A stretch of 29,361 nt of DNA, taken from sequence record SRR31156797_6890; one strand, 5' to 3'. Positions within the stretch are counted from its first letter, which is position 1, and the number at the start of each line of letters is the position of its first letter. A model generated the notes under the pieces. The model saw only the letters and a program-made list of their open reading frames with translations. It was not told the origin of the DNA and searched no databases. Positions 28,001-29,361 of this stretch are shown here, in pieces. Both the position numbers and the translations under genes were made by a program.

Positions 28001-28123
28001 ACATGCCGCGTTAAGGGGTGAGCGACGCAATACCGAAGCCGCCGCATATCACCTTAAACACCAAACACAACGCTTAGTAAAAATACCACGCGTTGCGAAT
28101 CACTCTTGAATTGTTTGTTAGCC
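28001..28123 (-). repeat. attC site lacking the core AAC/GTT triplet
   Basis: ACAT^GCCGCGTTAAGGGGTG...CACTCTTGAATTGTTTGTTAGCC; sister sites read ..TAACGCC. Confidence 0.88.
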
Positions 28124-28138
28124 GCTCATTCCCAACGG

Positions 28139-28441
28139 TTATTGCTTACTCAAAAGGAACTTGCGTAGATCTCTCTCAGCACGCATAACAAACAGAATAA
28201 ACACTTTGTCACCGTCTTGCTTATAGAAAACACGACATGGATTAATGACAACTTCTCGATAACTTAAATGTTCTAGTTCGGGTGGAATACGACCTGACTC
28301 TGGGACAGTTTGTAGGCGTTCAACTTTGGAGAAGATCGTTGGTACTAACTGCTTTGCCGCAAAAATGTTTTCAAGTGCGATGTATTCAGCGATATCGTTG
28401 AGGTCAGATAACGAAGGCTCAGTCCAGATTATTTCAGCCAT
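28139..28441 (-). CDS. RelE/ParE-family toxin
   Basis: IIWTEPSLSDLNDIAEYIA...PESGRIPPEL...YREVV...RVFY; overlaps the antitoxin stop. Confidence 0.92.
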   Translation of the reverse strand: MAEIIWTEPSLSDLNDIAEYIALENIFAAKQLVPTIFSKVERLQTVPESGRIPPELEHLSYREVVINPCRVFYKQDGDKVFILFVMRAERDLRKFLLSKQ

Positions 28442-28686
28442 TTTGACATTTTGTTCTTGGCTTCATCATGACTTACCACTTTACCGTCAGCTAGTGCGCG
28501 TTCACCTCGTGCAATACCCTCCAGAATAGCCAAACGATTTTGCATAAACTCGTAATCAGCAACATCAACTAGATACGCGGATGGCTTACCATGCTCGGTA
28601 ATTAATACTGGTTCTTTGGTGTCGTGGAGATCGGCAAGGATCTTAGTTGCTTGACGTTTAAGTGATGTAACTAGTTCTACTTTCAT
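28429..28686 (-). CDS. Phd/YefM-family antitoxin
   Basis: VTSLKRQATKIL...EPVLITEHGKPSAYLVDV. Confidence 0.93.
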   Translation of the reverse strand: MKVELVTSLKRQATKILADLHDTKEPVLITEHGKPSAYLVDVADYEFMQNRLAILEGIARGERALADGKVVSHDEAKNKMSKWLK

Positions 28687-28711
28687 GAGAGCTGCTCCAA
28701 AGGAATACTAT

Positions 28712-28744
28712 AGTGATACTATTCTGTCACTTTGAGTATAGCAA
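28712..28744 (-). promoter_or_regulatory. TA cassette promoter with overlapping operator palindrome
   Basis: TTGCTA-17 bp-TAGTAT on the minus strand; imperfect inverted repeat AGTGATA...TGTCACT at 28712-28731. Confidence 0.65.
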
Positions 28745-28754
28745 GCACCATGAC

Positions 28755-28880
28755 GGCTAACGCCCGCTTGAGTGGTGAGCAACGCTAGCACTGTACTAAG
28801 ACACTGCGCCGTAAACACAAAACCCAAGCCGAAGTGAGAGCGCCAAGCGTTGCGAATCACTGTTGAATTGCTTGTTAGGT
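28755..28880 (-). repeat. attC site, apparently intact (126 bp)
   Basis: GGCTAACGCCCGCTTGAGTGGTG...CACTGTTGAATTGCTTGTTAGGT. GGCTAAC complements GTTAGCC at 28117. Confidence 0.92.
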
Positions 28881-29309
28881 ATTATTTTCTAATCGTTGCA
28901 CATATTTATACGATGTTTTTTTAAAGCCAATACTTTCATAAAATGTTTGAGTTTTCTCCCGCCTCAAAGATGTTGTGACTTCAAGAACACTGCATTTTTC
29001 GGCCAAAGCGACTGATTTTGCGTAGTCAATTAACTTTGAGCCTATGCCTGTTCCACGAGAAGCTCTATCCACAACTATTGAAGTTATACGGCATAGTTTC
29101 TCTGCTGAGGGAAAATAATTGAAAAAGATGACCGACATAACGGCGATTACTTTGCCATTTAAAACGCCTACAAAAATTTTGTCGCTTCCATTGGCGGCCA
29201 GAGAAACCAAGATTTCAATCTTCGAGGGCTCTGTATCGTAGCCTAGTTGTACGAGCAAGCTTGATATAATTTCAGCATCATCTTTTTGTGCAGCCCTAAC
29301 TACTATCAT
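28875..29309 (-). CDS. GNAT acetyltransferase, cassette gene
   Basis: LLVQLGY...ITSIVVDRASRGTGIGSKL...FYESIGF. The stop codon lies inside the attC inverse core (ACCTAAC). Confidence 0.92.
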   Translation of the reverse strand: MIVVRAAQKDDAEIISSLLVQLGYDTEPSKIEILVSLAANGSDKIFVGVLNGKVIAVMSVIFFNYFPSAEKLCRITSIVVDRASRGTGIGSKLIDYAKSVALAEKCSVLEVTTSLRREKTQTFYESIGFKKTSYKYVQRLENNT

Positions 29310-29328
29310 GGTCAAATTTCCTCAAGAT

Positions 29329-29361
29329 ATCTAACGCCCGCTTAAGTGGTGAGCAACGCTA
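29329..29361 (-). repeat. attC site, partial (window edge)
   Basis: ATCTAACGCCCGCTTAAGTGGTGAGCAACGCTA is nearly identical to 28755-28787. Confidence 0.9.

Larger units (their letters stand above)
25494..29361 (-). mobile_element. Integron cassette array, distal end (superintegron tail or CALIN); intI not in window
   Basis: Eight co-oriented attC sites or remnants alternate with single genes or a TA pair; cassette ends are complementary. Confidence 0.92.

Noticed and set aside
25494..29361. Repeats considered as a CRISPR array or IS ends
   Set aside because: They are ~126-bp imperfect palindromes with RYYYAAC/GTTRRRY-like ends separated by whole genes, which is attC architecture. No cas or transposase gene is present.

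Overview
The window looks Vibrio-like, based on the VXR-type attC repeats and gene content, and has three parts. (1) 1-14342 (+): the distal part of a B12-dependent propanediol-utilization microcompartment operon, pduG(partial)-H-K-L-M-N-O-P-Q-S-T-U-V-W, followed by cobA(SUMT)-cobD-pduX. No pduJ lies between pduH and pduK. (2) 14437-25430: a PhoD-family gene, a two-gene galTK operon with GalR/CRP-like sites, and mostly minus-strand small accessory genes (isochorismatase, lipocalin, ACT, DUF4177-YidD-TM2, RimJ-type GNAT, a metzincin, a + strand RRM protein) plus gene relics. (3) 25494-29361: the eroding distal end of an integron cassette array, oriented on the minus strand with no integrase in the window. 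It has 8 full or partial attC sites, GNAT, YkgJ and Phd-ParE/RelE cassettes, a yoeB relic, and two attC sites whose crossover GTT is mutated or deleted. All calls come from motif recognition by eye; no database searches were run.
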